A DNA stretch of 64,000 nucleotides from the NCBI RefSeq assembly GCF_000315625.1, contig NW_005434495.1:28153-92152 (forward strand). Direction: 5' to 3'. Source of the stretch: Guillardia theta CCMP2712. Taxonomy: Eukaryota; Protista; Cryptophyta. The position numbers and the translations under genes are program-made. Below, piece after piece: positions 43,395-56,280 of the stretch (position 1 is the stretch's first letter; every line of letters starts with the position of its first letter). Below the pieces are notes generated by a model that was given only the letters and a program-made list of their open reading frames with translations, did not search any database and was not told the DNA's origin.

Positions 43395-43814
43395 CTAGAC
43401 TAAGCCGATATGCATTACTGTACTGCCTCGAATCACCAAGTTCCCTTCTTCTGTTCGCACCAGGGTATTAGTTTTACCGTCCCATCTTTGTACAGGTCTT
43501 TGCAAAACTACATTCATCGATTCATCGAAGTCATTCAAAATGCCTCTGAGTTCCAACCCACTTTCTACCAAAACACACACTTGCTTGCCCTTCAATTCTT
43601 GGAACGCTGCTGGGTTGTATATGTCAGTGTGGTTTCTCAAAATGTTCTCCATGACTGAAAACCCCCCTCCTCGAAGACGATCTACAGCAATTTGTGTAGT
43701 TGAAATCCTCGCTGATGCAGAGGCGCTCTTCACTATCATCGCTGATGCAGCTGCGCTCTTCACTATCATCGCTGCAAGCACCATCATCGCTGTTGCTTTC
43801 CTCCACTCCGCCAT
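43395..43814 (-). CDS. Sm/LSm-fold snRNP protein (SmG/LSm7-like) with signal peptide and LRGG-ending leader
   Basis: Sm1 ELKGKQVCVLVESGLELRGILNDFDESMNVVL and Sm2 GNLVIRGSTVMHI; N-terminal hydrophobic leader ending VDRLRGGG; intronless. Confidence 0.85.
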   Translation of the reverse strand: MAEWRKATAMMVLAAMIVKSAAASAMIVKSASASARISTTQIAVDRLRGGGFSVMENILRNHTDIYNPAAFQELKGKQVCVLVESGLELRGILNDFDESMNVVLQRPVQRWDGKTNTLVRTEEGNLVIRGSTVMHIGLV

Positions 43815-43958
43815 CCTCGCTCCACCTCTATATTTATCACTCACCCCTTCTCACCTAGGGCTTTTAGGGGGTACCATGCCACTCAGGGTGGTGGAGGATG
43901 CTTGGTTCCAGTAGTAGTGAGTGAGCATAATGCACAGGGACTACCGACGACAGCGGCG

Positions 43959-45401
43959 ATGAGAAGGAGGGGGAGGACGAGGATGGTAAGGCGACTCACT
44001 TTGGCTTTGGTGATAGCGATGATGAAAGGGGATGTCGTGGACAGTGGGGAAAGACCAGTAGCCACCAAGATCCGAGAACATCTGCCGATGAAAACCAGAA
44101 GCGGTCCTTGGAGGGAGGGCTTGACAGACTTCAGAGATAGCTCTGAGTGGCATGTGAAATCATCCATCGGACTAAAACAATTTGTGTTCAGATGCACGAC
44201 ACTCTTCCGTGTGAGCCCCAACATTCATCTGCGGGGGGGTGAAGGATTGGACATTTTGAACTCTTTGAACGAAGAAAGGAGAGAACTTGTATGGAACATG
44301 ACAAGCGCTTTGAATGTTTGGCTTCTGAATTCGTTCGGTGTCGACTTTCTCCACTCTAACAAGACGCAAATCTTGTGCTGCTTGGACAGGCTCAGACGCG
44401 AGCATCGAGAAAGGAGGGAAGTGAATGTGCCGTCACCAAAGCTCCTCGTGAAGGTGGACGATACTTGGAAAGAGGAATTGATGGATCGCGACAGTCTGCA
44501 GCAGAGATTTTTCCTTGCTTGCCAAAATGGTGACAAGGAAATATTTCTTGACGCTGTGAACAAGGGAGCAGATCTGGACAGAAGTGACTGGGCCGGATTC
44601 ACGGCTTTGCACTATGCAGTTGCTCACTTTCAGCCAGGGATTGTTTCAATGCTTTTGTCTGCAGGAGTTGACGTGAACAGGAGGGACAAGAGAGGCTTCT
44701 CCCCCCTCATGCTCGCTGCTGCCTATCGCAGTAGGCTCATGGTAGACCTGCTTGTCATTACAGGGAAGGCCGACGTCAACCTTGCACAAGGGCACAACTC
44801 ATCCTTTCCCGGCGCTACAGCTTTGCATCAAGCTGCAAAGACTGGAGACCAAGAAGTGTGCAAGGCATTGATTGAAGGAGGCGCGCGAATGCATGCCGCT
44901 GATGCGTCCGGTCGTACTCCTGCCGATTGGGCTGCTATGTTCTCGCACTTCAAATTGCATGACTTCCTCAGAGGTTGCGAAGGAATTTTCGACATGTTCA
45001 ATGAAACTTTCTCGTACATTGAAAAGGAAAGGGTAAATCTCACAGAGCACGAGGCACTCATTGCAACCAAGGCTGGTTGGAATCTCGAAACTAGAAGGAA
45101 GTACAAGACAGAGTATCTCCGCCGCATACCTCGCGGTTCTGCCTTGCTCGACCGCATGGATCCTGTCAAGTACCACCAATGTCTCCCTGGAATGCCTCTG
45201 GTAAACTCAACTGTTGCAAAGCAGGCGAAGTATGCAGATATGATTGATCTTGATGCATCCGAAGATTTCTTTCCGGACACATCCACGAGCACAGAAGAAG
45301 AAGAAACGGCTCCGTGCAACATGACTTGGGCCGACCTTGCAGACACTGATAGTGAGAGTGATTCGGAATCTTCCCCTTTCATTGATCTCGATGAGCGATG
45401 A
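43959..45401 (+). CDS. Ankyrin-repeat protein with hydrophobic leader and LRGG motif
   Basis: GFTALHYAV, GFSPLMLAA, GATALHQAA and GRTPADWAA ankyrin repeats; intronless ORF; NIHLRGG at ~aa 90. Confidence 0.85.
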   Translation: MRRRGRTRMVRRLTLALVIAMMKGDVVDSGERPVATKIREHLPMKTRSGPWREGLTDFRDSSEWHVKSSIGLKQFVFRCTTLFRVSPNIHLRGGEGLDILNSLNEERRELVWNMTSALNVWLLNSFGVDFLHSNKTQILCCLDRLRREHRERREVNVPSPKLLVKVDDTWKEELMDRDSLQQRFFLACQNGDKEIFLDAVNKGADLDRSDWAGFTALHYAVAHFQPGIVSMLLSAGVDVNRRDKRGFSPLMLAAAYRSRLMVDLLVITGKADVNLAQGHNSSFPGATALHQAAKTGDQEVCKALIEGGARMHAADASGRTPADWAAMFSHFKLHDFLRGCEGIFDMFNETFSYIEKERVNLTEHEALIATKAGWNLETRRKYKTEYLRRIPRGSALLDRMDPVKYHQCLPGMPLVNSTVAKQAKYADMIDLDASEDFFPDTSTSTEEEETAPCNMTWADLADTDSESDSESSPFIDLDER

Positions 45402-45471
45402 TGAACAAGTTCTATTCGTGTATTGATTTCAAAGAATGCAAAGGAAATACATAGCAATAAAATTCAATATT

Positions 45472-48400
45472 TCATTCAGTTCTGCCTGATAATTCTGGAA
45501 GTAGAGACAATTTCAAGCTTGTCAGACGACCAAAGTCATATTTATCGAAACCGTGACGACGGCGCTTTGATTTTTCTTTCTTTTCCTTTCTGCGCATTCT
45601 GGTGAAGGTGGAGTGTGGTTCCTCGATGAAAGTCCATTGATACAGAACGTGATGCTTGCCAAATAGGTCGGTAGCTGTGACAGTCACGATGCTGTGGCGC
45701 TCCCAAAGCTCACAATCAAAGTCGGGCGGGCAAGGAATATTCACATGTCTTCTTCGCTCCGACGTCAAGGGCACAAAGTTTTCTCTCCTTCGCATCTGTA
45801 AAGCCTTCAACACCTCATCGCCCATGTCCCAGAATTCGTCGAAATGGTCTCGTTCAAACTGAATGTCTGGGATACGCTCCCTGCTCTGTACCAACAAGAG
45901 GCTCGAAGGCGACTTGAAGCTGGGTGTCGACATATTGACATGTGAAGACTTGACTTTCACCCAAACTCGCTCTCTGCTGGCTTGTGCAGAGCAAATCCTT
46001 TTGCCTGTCAAATCGTTATTGCAAGAGTCTTGGCACAACAAAATGACCTTGAGTCTTCGATGTACGGTTTGAAAAGAGCATCTCCCAACACGCTAGCGGC
46101 TGCTTCCAATATCGTTGATCTTCCGACCTGAGAAAAGCTGAGGATTCAACTTCCTGTCGATCAATCCGCTAACCTCGCCATGCAGTCATTCCATTCTTTC
46201 GATGTGACACAATTTTCTGTAGAACTGATGCATAAATGTCAGATTCCCAGAAACTCATGGTTTGGAATTATATACCTCGAGAAGAATCGATTGTCGTTGT
46301 AAATGATTGGAACATGCCCGGGAAGGCATCCGTCAAAGGCAGCGTTATCTCTCGTAGGAACTTGAGCACAAACTGACATAGGAACCTCCATAAACATGCT
46401 GTTTAATCCTTCATTCGATTTGGAGCATTCCGAACTTTCAGGGAAATGAGGAGGTTCATCTTCACTGAATTTTTGAAATCCACAATATGAAAGCTTTTTG
46501 TCAAAGGTTCGCACATATTGGTGATGGTCTGTAGCCATTCGCTGACTGTCTTTCATAGACGTGAAACCTTCCGTTAGTTGTGCAACTTGCTGCAGCGCAT
46601 TTTTCCAATCTCGCTGACTTGCAATCATGTCTAATCTACAGGTCGAAAGTAGTCTGGACGACTCCATTTCCCTTTTTTTCGTTTCATCTTTGTCTTGCAG
46701 ACACGCTTTGACAAGGGCTGTCAAATTACGATTTTGTTCAAAAAGAGCAGAATTGTTCAATTGAATTTGTTTGATAACCAAATCTTTGGTTTCAATAGAT
46801 TCCTTGCAATTTTTAGCTTTGATGTTTAAATCGTTGTAGTTTTGAATCTCTGATTGCAACTTCTTTGTGAGGGCATTGCACTCAACTGAGTCCTTTTTTG
46901 CTTGAGAAGTCACAGCAGAAATTTGAGCGTGAAGCGAATCTCTGATCTTCTTGCAATCCTGCACTTCTTTGCCGGTCCTGAACATTCCAAACGAAGCTTC
47001 ATTCTTCAAACAAGCTACTCTTCTGGCTGTGCCGTTTTGCAACTCAGAAATCTTGCCCAGAATGGAGCCTGCATTTTGTCGTTTGTGAAAAGTATTTGAA
47101 GCGAGTCTCCATCGAAGCTCTCCATAAATTTCTTCAGATTTGGAAAGCATTGCCTCATTATACTCGACATCATTGAGGTCACATATTCCCTCATTCATCT
47201 TGTTCATAACAACGCCGTGGACTCCATAGTGAATGAGATTACACTGCCTTGAGTGGTACTCATGAAGTGTCACAACCCAGGGTACTGTGAAGCACATTAG
47301 GAAAATAAATAATAATGACAGTGTTGTCCACATCGTTGAGGCTGGTTTGCAATCAGACGGGCAAAGCAATTTCAATTTCTTCTTAAGCTCGCTATTCTCT
47401 TTCTCACAAGCCGTCAGTTGTGCTCTTGCCTCATCAATTTCCTTCCAACATTCATTCCTTGTTGAACTGAAATCAAATCCTTGATCAATTTGCAGTTTTT
47501 CAATCTGCTTTTTGGCGTTTTGGCTTTCAATTCGAATCAACTCCATGTTGTGTTCAATGAGATCAAGAGTTTGCTCGGCTCGCACAGTGCAAAGTGCTTC
47601 CTTGGATAGCTGATGCTCAAGCTGTTGCCAAGAATCGCACACTTTAGAAACCAATCGATCCATCTCCTTCTCCACATGGACAACAAGATCTTGTCCTTCT
47701 TCTTCCATTTCTCGAATTCGAAGACATAACGCGTCATTTGTTCTACGTAGCCTCTCCAGCTCTCTATCTCGTTTCAAGAAAGCATCCCTGATCGAGTCAA
47801 ATGAGTAATCTCCTCTACTTGTTGGACTTGAAGGCTCTTGCACTGATCGGGAAACTTTTTCGCTCACGAGATAGATCAGACTTAATCTAGCACTTTCATT
47901 TTTCAACCCCTTCGAATCATCTGCAATCGTGAAGTCGTCAGATCGAATTTGTTGCGCATCTCTCTCAACTGGCACAAAACTTAGTTTCACATGACTGCCT
48001 GGTTTTCCGCGGAACATGCAATATAAGGTAGAGAGGTCTAGTGATCGTATGCTCATGTCGTTCACTGATTCCAATTTGTATCCCGATCTCAATCGCTCGA
48101 AGAGTGCTGCAAGTTTTTCTGACTTGACCGCACGGATCCAGCGAGCCACTGTATCAGTAACAAGAAGTTCGTTTGCAACTTGGCGAAAATGAATCCCAAA
48201 GAAGGTTGCCTTGCCCCCTGATCTGCTTCCAGAATCCATGCTAGCCATTCGAAAGAAAAGAACGGCTTGTGCAGATCCTGCGCTTCCATGAACCAATTCA
48301 AGAGTGTCTTCTGACAGGAAACTTGCGGCCATAGGGAAGGGAAGTCGGGGTGGAGCCAGCGGATTTCGCTTTTGTGGAGATTCTCTGCATGTGTCGCGAT

Positions 48401-48617
48401 AGTTTAGGTCAGGATTTGTGCGAGGAGAGTCCCTTTGCTTCAAATCTGGGTTGGAGACTGTATCGCTCGACAAGCCATCGTCATCATCGCCGTACATGCC
48501 GTTGCCTGGACAACGAAGCTGCCTCATCGAAACATCATCTACGATCTCATCCTCGTCTTCGTCCGCTCCTGTCAGATCTCGGAGCTGCTGCTCGACTCGC
48601 CATCCCAAGTCTTCCAT
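45472..48617 (-). CDS. Coiled-coil membrane protein with PDZ-like domain (792-codon first exon 46239-48617; probable further exons to 45472)
   Basis: PDZ-like FGIHF...LRSGYKLESVNDMSI...FRGKPGSHVKLSF; TM segment MWTTLSLLFIFLMCFTVPWVV; coiled coils; GT-AG introns at ~46225-46275 and ~46130-46173. Confidence 0.6.
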
Positions 48618-50293
48618 ATTTCCGACTCAAGAGTGTTGTTAGGGCCCTTAGAGGCGAACATTGGGTCCTAGGGATATGATAGGTCCGTTGCTTAATACAT
48701 TATAGTTTCATAGGATGAATAGAGGACAGAGTACAACCACGACTAAGCCTAGGGCTACGCCTAGGCGACCGAGGCTTTCACTGTACTACCGTAGTAGGGC
48801 CCTAGGTGCTACCCCGCGTCGGCGTATCATAATACAGTCACGACTCAGTTTTAAAAACGGCGACAGAAGAGGGTGTCACAAGTCCACGGTCTGCCACCCG
48901 CTCGAACCCGCACAATTCACGGAAAAGACGGGGTCACTCCACCCACCTGGCGACCCCTCACCCCTCCACATAGCGCGACTGCTCTGATTTAAAACTCGTG
49001 GGCTTTATTTGTGCCGTTGGCCCGTCGGATCGGCCGCTACCGTCCTATCGCCCCCCCTCTCAGAAGTTCACAGTTCAAGTAGGGCTCAAACTTTTTCCAA
49101 ACACTTCTGACCAACTTTCAACCAACAAACAATGAGATCATCAGAGTACCACTAACTATCATGATTCAATCAGGCAAAGTTTTCCTGAAAGCCCAGGCTT
49201 CCCGCGGCCGCCGCCCGGCTACCGGGATGATGCCTGATCGGACTCTCACTCTCAGTCTCGCCGGGACCGTCACTGACTCGGACCGCCCGGCCGCTACCGT
49301 ACCGTCACGGTAGACTCCCAGTCCCTGAATGGCGGCGCCGGGTCATGGGATTGATGCCGCCGAGTGCGTTGCGGCCCGGGACGGGTCGGTTAGTATACTG
49401 GCAAAATTTAGTAAATTATTATCCTTGTTTTTATCATGATTATTTTTATATCTTTATTATTATTTGTATTTGTATTTATTATGATTATTTGTATCTGTCA
49501 CCTGAGCCTCCTTGCTACGAATAATTTAAAACTATAATTTTGGTTTATTCCTTCCTCTTCTCATGGCACAGACTATAATAAAAAGCACTGTATTTTAAAA
49601 ACATCAAAAATGAACAAAAATGATTATATGAAATTATAAAAACCTTTTTATATGGACAGTACCAGATGGTGGAAGTAGTTCATCTGAATACTCTTCTGGT
49701 AGAATATATAAAACTTTTATTTCAATTTATAGTAAATGTAGCAACACTAGTGGTATCAAAATTTGAATCTTAAAACTAAGTTTAAAACCAAACTACCCTC
49801 GTGGAACCCCCCACCCCTACCCCCTCAACAACGACCTCATATGCCTAGGACCAAGTGTTAGACTCCCTTAGATTTCATAGGACCCCCAGGAACCTACAGG
49901 ATCCACGGCCCCTCAGCCATCAAACCCCACCCGCTTTTCGAGGTTGGATAGTGGGAACTAGGGGGTGGGGGTAAGGGGGGAGTGGGGAAGTGGGAGGGGA
50001 TGGGGGAAGGGAAGGGCAAGGTTGAAGGGCACAGGCAAGGTAGGCGATTTCTATAGTAGCACAATAAGCTAAAAGCTGCCCCTCTTCCTCATGGATGTCA
50101 CAGGCTTCTCAGGGGGGTGGAACAAGGAAGTTCCCCTTGCGGCTTCCCGCCCACTATGCCGATGTCATCCCTTCTACTTCTCCTTGCTCGATGCTCTGCC
50201 GCCTTGCCAGCTTCAACGAGAAAATCTTCCTTCCCATCACTTACACTCTATACTATCTTCCCAATCAATAGTGAAAGTAGTTCAGGACGAACC

Positions 50294-51081
50294 ATGGTGA
50301 AGAAGGCGGGAGATGGCAAACTTCAGGCAGTTTGTGGTGATTTGAGCCAAGGGAGAGCGAGGCACATGATGAGTGGAGACGAAGAGATTGAGTAGTATCT
50401 TCGTTTAAAAAGACTCGATAGTTAGTATGCTGATTGGATTCGACAGAATAAGTATGTAAATGAAAGGTATTCTAGGATTATTCGACACAGGATAGTGAAG
50501 CTTGAACTGGCAAATCATAGGCTCTTATAACGAATGTTCATACCTCTTCTGTTGCACTGCAGTTCTTTCCATTCCATGTCGATATCTTGTTTTTTATGAC
50601 TTGTGCTTTCCCTGAATACCAACAGCCCAGACCTTCCACCTCACCTCCCCCTGCAACCCTCAGCGACTGCAGCGATGCAACATGCTATTTTCAAACTGAA
50701 ATGCTTCCTTCTGGCAGTTATTATGTATTCAGCCACACCTTATACTGTGTCAGAGAAGCTGTGCTCTACCAGCAAGCGAGCTAGTTGATGGGAGATCGTA
50801 GGATAGAAATGGCATTGGACAGACAGGCAGCTTCGCCAAGACCACTTTTATCTCCGTCAAACTTCAATCGCCTCTCACCTATACCAACTGAACAGTCAAG
50901 CTTGCGGTCTAAGGCAAAGATGTCGGCAACAGACGCTGGGACCGGATCCTCAGCGCATGCATCGAGCTCCGCAGGATGGGCTTCACCTCCTTCCGTTGAC
51001 CTCAACGCAGCGAGACGTTCTCCTCGAGACAGGATGAACATCGATCACCTTCTCTCCTCCAGCCGGAGCCCGTGGTTCTAA
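50294..51081 (+). CDS. Hypothetical Ser/Pro-rich multi-exon protein
   Basis: Terminal exon MALDRQAASPRPLLSPS...RMNIDHLLSSSRSPWF*; upstream exons uncertain. Confidence 0.4.
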
Positions 51082-51287
51082 TGATGTTTCCTCTATATTG
51101 TAATTGGTGAAATGTATACAATCAGGTCGCCCCGACATTTCCGTGAATCGCGTCCTGTGCTTCAGCCGCCACGATTCACAAGTACTAACATGATGAAATT
51201 ATTGTCTCTGTGTCGCTTACTTTCTGCAGACTCTTTTCAGGATGCAACTGCGGTACAAAGGCCAACGGTAGCAGTATTCATAAACGT

Positions 51288-53722
51288 ATGGTCTCTGATG
51301 AGTCTTTTTTAGACGGGAAAAGGAATTTCACTGCAGCCAGTCCGTTCCCTGGCTCCTGGTTTCGATGCAGAGTCTCATTCGGACCAGCATGGGAGTGATA
51401 GCGATGGCCAAGCTGAGATCGCCGGAACGTCTGCGGATCTGAGAGCGCCAGCAGGTTGAATTGAACATACTTCAAAATTTAGACTGAAATGATTGCAGGG
51501 GAAACAGCAGCGTCAGGATCACTTCGATACCTCCCAGTTCATCTGTTCGTTGCAGCTGTTGGTGATGGAGATGTCAATCCTGATACCCCGCCCAAGACAA
51601 AAGAAATTCTAGATCAGGCAAGTTGTCATCGACTACAAATGTAGCAGCTCAAAACCCTGGATTATCAGGTGGTGAAGAAGGTCTCCAAGGAGCAAAACAC
51701 TGTGGTCAATGTGAAAGGAGAAGGAGCCCTTCACATTCAACTTCGTGTGTTTGCCGCCAGTAGTGTAGAGGCCAAGGCGCTCAAAGATTACATCACATCA
51801 CATCACGATCAAGTTCCTTGTCCTTTCATTATGTTGGCGAGACAACTTCCTATGGCAGTCGCCTACGACACAGCGATTTTGGATCCAACAAATGCAAATG
51901 TGACACTTTGATTTGTGCAATTTTTCGATTGACGTTTGCTGGTGATCAGGTTGCAGACAGGCTCAGGAAACAAGCGAAGACAAGAGCGATCAAGCTTCTT
52001 CGCGAAGTGATCTGGGACGAGGCCAGTGGTGTCACAGCCGCGATGCTACGGGGCAGACATGGACCTCTGGTCCCTGCTGAACGTCTGGAGGCTTTGATCA
52101 TGCAACGCGCGACTCCCCTGGATGGTGAACCCGGGTCGACGAGATTTATCTCCTTTCCTGCTGTCCGCAGACAAGGCGACCTTGCTCAAGGCGCCGACGG
52201 GGTTGTCGAGAGCTCACAGGTAGACAATCAACAAGGAAACGACAAACCCTCCGTGAGTCAAGCGAAGAGTGAAGGCCATGCCAAGGGCAATTTTCCATCG
52301 AGAAGAATAACAGAATCACACTTTCCTGTAAGTCTGACTGTCATCGCCATCGGAGAAGGGACGATAGCTCGGAACACTCAACCAAAGTTGCTTCATCGCC
52401 TTAAACAGTTGATGAACAAGGTATGCCAGTGACGATTGGCCATGCTCTGTGCGACTTGTAATGTTTTTCAGGTTCCCAAAGAGCATCATTGTTCCATCGA
52501 ACTTCCCAAATACGGTAGCATTCCATTGAGAATGCGGCTATTTGTAGCAAACAGTGAAGATGCCAAAGCTGCACGAGAGTGAGTCGTATTTGGCATGACT
52601 GCAATCAATGGTTGATCATTGGATTTCAGATATGTCAGTGCTAACCAGACGCAAAGACCTACCCCTTTTGTGATCCTCTCGCATGCTCTCCCCATTGCAG
52701 TTTCGTACGATTCCAGGACCTTGGATGTCAGCGATGCCAATGTTGTTGCAAGTGTTGCAGTTTTGCATAACTGATCTGAATCGAGACAGGTTGTAGATTG
52801 CTTAAGAAAGCAAGCAAAGACGAGAGCTGTGAAGCTGATCAAAGAGATTATCACCGACCCATCCGTCGGAGTTACGATGGAGTTATTGAGAGGCTACGAA
52901 GGAGCTTTGGCACTTGCAGACATGTTGAATGGCCCACTAATGAGCCACGCTGTCACTTTCGGGGGAGGTAAGAAGTACATCTCATTCCCTGCGAGGAATC
53001 GGCAGGTGAGGTTTTATCCCCCGTTTACTTGGCAGCTGATGTCATCTTAGGCGGTCGAAGGACCAAGCAATGAGCGTGGGGAGGAATTTCGAGGTCTGGA
53101 ATCCCTGGCAACGGCTGCTGTGTTTTCTACGAAAGGACAAGAAAGCATTGCTGAAGGGCTGGCAAGTGAAAACAGCTTGGAGCAACACATGATGAATCAG
53201 CAGAGAGTCTGTGAAATGTGCAAATCGATGAATGATGGAAGTTACGGAACGGTGAGGTTTGTACTAAGGTCAACTTATCTTACGTGAGACTTTTCAGGGA
53301 CGTTTCTGCAGCAAAGCTTGCCGCTACGAGGCTCATGCTCTGCGTGTTGCGCAGCAGCGGAGGAATCATTCGTCCTCCACACAGCCAATCAAAACAGAGA
53401 AGGGTGCGCCGGATCAAGGCACAAGCCTTGCTCATGGTGTGAAGATTGAAGGTTTGGAAGAAGTATTGACCTCTTTGCAGCTCCACTGACCATGATGGTA
53501 GGAGGAACTGTAGGCGTGGAACAAGAAATGCGGATGAGCATAGATGCACATCCGATGAAAGAGAACACCTCCATCTCCCTTGAGGGCAATGCCTCGGATC
53601 ATAAAACCTCAGATCGTACGAGGCTTTTCCCTCAAGATTTGAGGATGCAATTGTTTCAGGTGGCGAATCTAGCAGGCCTTGCTGGTGATCAGATGTCTGT
53701 TGGGAGCAAGAGAAAACGATGA
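51288..53722 (+). CDS. Hypothetical protein with a tandemly duplicated ~120-aa domain and a C-terminal C-x2-C...GRFCS..C zinc finger
   Basis: Two copies: LRVFAASSVEAKA...PFIMLARQLPMAVAYD...VADRLRKQAKTRAIKLLREVI and MRLFVANSEDAKA...PFVILSHALPIAVSYD...VVDCLRKQAKTRAVKLIKEII. Also CEMCKSMNDGSYGT|GRFCSKACR. Confidence 0.6.
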
Positions 53723-53862
53723 GTGAGATGACGTTGCGACACATAATCAAGGTGATCTGTGAAGTCAAGGAATTAATCCTGAATGTAAAAAAGTTGAGTC
53801 GTTTAATCATGAATAATGGTTTTATTTAAGTAAATATTCAAGTTGTGACAACGTTTTCTCAT

Positions 53863-55438
53863 TCATCGGGTAGTACGTAGAGGAAGAAAATTTCTGTGAG
53901 AGTTCTCGTTGTCATGCAGCCCCCTTTCTGCACGTATCTCTGCATCTATATTGGACACGTACCGTATGCGAGGGAAACTCTCCCCTTTTGATAGTGAGCC
54001 GATGATTTCTTCCTCAATCTCATCTTCATCACTTTCAAAGGTTTCGTCGTCGTACCTGTCAATTTGTTACACGATTCTCTTTTGCAATATCCAATTTCCA
54101 TACCCCATATCAGAAAGCAAACGCTTTTGCTCGCCCTCTGTGTAAAGAGGCTCGAATTCCCTACCACTCATGAAAGCAGGGCCAAGATTCATCTTCTCTG
54201 TCACCCCTGTTTGCAATTCCGCGAACTCTCTACTCCACAATGATGAACGACTTGAAGAGGACAGCCCCCTACGAGTTTCAGGTCTTTCGAGCTGCTGTAA
54301 ATCCGTGGGACAGAATGGCAATGGTGGGATCATCAACCTTCTTTCACACATTTCAGTTCGGGAGCAGAATGCGTTAACAAATATTTCACCTTTCAGCTCC
54401 AAGAGACTGTTTCGCATCGACATTGCCATCAACAATTTTCTGATTTGTTTTGCTCTCAACGACCATTTTTTCCATGGTTTCATTATCCTTCATCGTCACA
54501 GCATTTACCCGGATATTGGTTGTAGCAGGTCGTTTCGCTCCATTCATCAGTTGCCACTTTCTTGGGGAAATGTCAATTTTTCTTGGGTTAAACAGAGTAT
54601 TCAATGTGCTGTTGTTCCACGCTGGTCTCTTACATCGAGGTCTCTCAATATTCTCTCCATTATCGAACAACTTGTGTTCAGAATCTTTGTCATGATCTGC
54701 GGGAGGACTGGCTTGAGCGCGTTGTGACTTTTTCTTAGAGCTTGAAGTCCATGGCCTTGCTGAGCATGCCAATGGAGAGGATCGCAATCTAGTGTGCAGC
54801 CTCTCCATAATTCTAAATGTCATCTGTTCGTTGAATTCTATTCCTGGCCTTGGGGTGCACCTAACTCCATCCTCATAGGGGGGCTTAGGTTTCAAGGGTA
54901 TTCGGAGACCTTGGTCATTTCTTGCGCTGCTTACTGACCTTACACCGGTATTCGATCTTGTTGAGCTAGCAGATATCGGGGCCGGAATGCAAAGGCTTGG
55001 TATATTATGCTTGCGACTTGTGCAACTATTCTGTCGAGGTGTATTTCTTGCTTGAAGTTCTGTGATGTCACTTTGTTTCGTAATGTCTTTGACCTGATTC
55101 CTTCGCGTAACATTGGAATTGGTGTCAGATCGCCCCTGCATCATCGTTAATAAGCTCATAATGCAGACGATGCTCACCTTGTGAAAATGAGTGGTCTGAG
55201 GTCTGTCATGAACACTTCCTGGCTCAGAAGGGCGAACCACCTGATGCCTAGACGCGTTCCCCGTGCTTCTCGTGTTAATTTCAGAGCTGGCAGTTCCTAT
55301 TCTCAAACCCAAGCCTTCCTCCTGCGAAACATAGAATCAATCGAGTTACATTGATCATATCTCACATCTGACCTCTTCTAGGATGACTTTGTCAAACAAG
55401 GAGCTGTCTTTCCTGAACTCTGAGGGTTGCATCTTCAT
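53863..55438 (-). CDS. Hypothetical, largely disordered multi-exon protein; last ordinary gene before the subtelomere
   Basis: Overlapping long minus-strand ORFs (54386-55312, 54067-54483) joined by short GT-AG introns. Confidence 0.5.
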
Positions 55439-56261
55439 CGTTATTTGCTGCAACTTGATTCAAGAGCCATGCATGATTTTGACAGGTGTCATGTAGCAGA
55501 TGCGGTCTTTGTTTTGAATTGCATACGAAGATCTGATAAAGTATCGCTTCTTCTCTCACACAGACATCATCATGCTTTCTGGTCCACTATGCTTTGCCCA
55601 TGCTGTGCGTTACTGAACCGCCAAGCCCGACCCCACCCTCATCTGTCAAGCCACCCCTACCCTTTATATATGATCCCTGGTACCCCCATCATCCCTTTGT
55701 CCAATAAGCGGGAGCTTATTTACCTCGACTACCCTACCCATCTCTGTCCCTGCTTCTTTTTTTTAAACCCTACCCGGTGCAAATGTTCAACTGACTGCTG
55801 CTCCTTTCCCGTTCCTTTGGTGAGTAGTACGGGCCTACCATCGGGTTCAGCTAGCATCCCCCGTGTCCCTCCACAAGACTCGCCCATAAAGGGGGGTGAA
55901 GGGTACAGCAAAGTGAGTTTTTCACTTAACTTTGAGTAAAGAGTCTAGGTAGTACGGTACAGGATTCAATCATTGGGGGGTGGGGGATGGTGGGGTGGAG
56001 TGACTCAAATGTTACTCAACATCAGAGGCCGCGGCTGGCAAAGTTAACGTACGGTAGCAGAAGACATGCGGGCAGGTGGGGTGGGTCGCTCTTTTTTGGT
56101 CGGCCGACCGATGATACTCTACTTTTATAGTACTTTGGGAGGATACGGAGAAGGAAGATATCCTACCCCTCGACCAAGACTCTGTGCCAGGGGAAGTTGC
56201 GAAGCTGCCAGGAAACCGAATTCACATCATTCCAGGACATGAGGCGAGCAATTACTACCGG

Positions 56262-56277
56262 GGGTTTAGGGTTTAGG
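56262..56277 (+). repeat. Interstitial telomeric tract 1 (GGGTTTAGGGTTTAGG)
   Basis: Plant-type TTTAGGG repeat, directly visible. Confidence 0.85.
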
Positions 56278-56280
56278 ACT

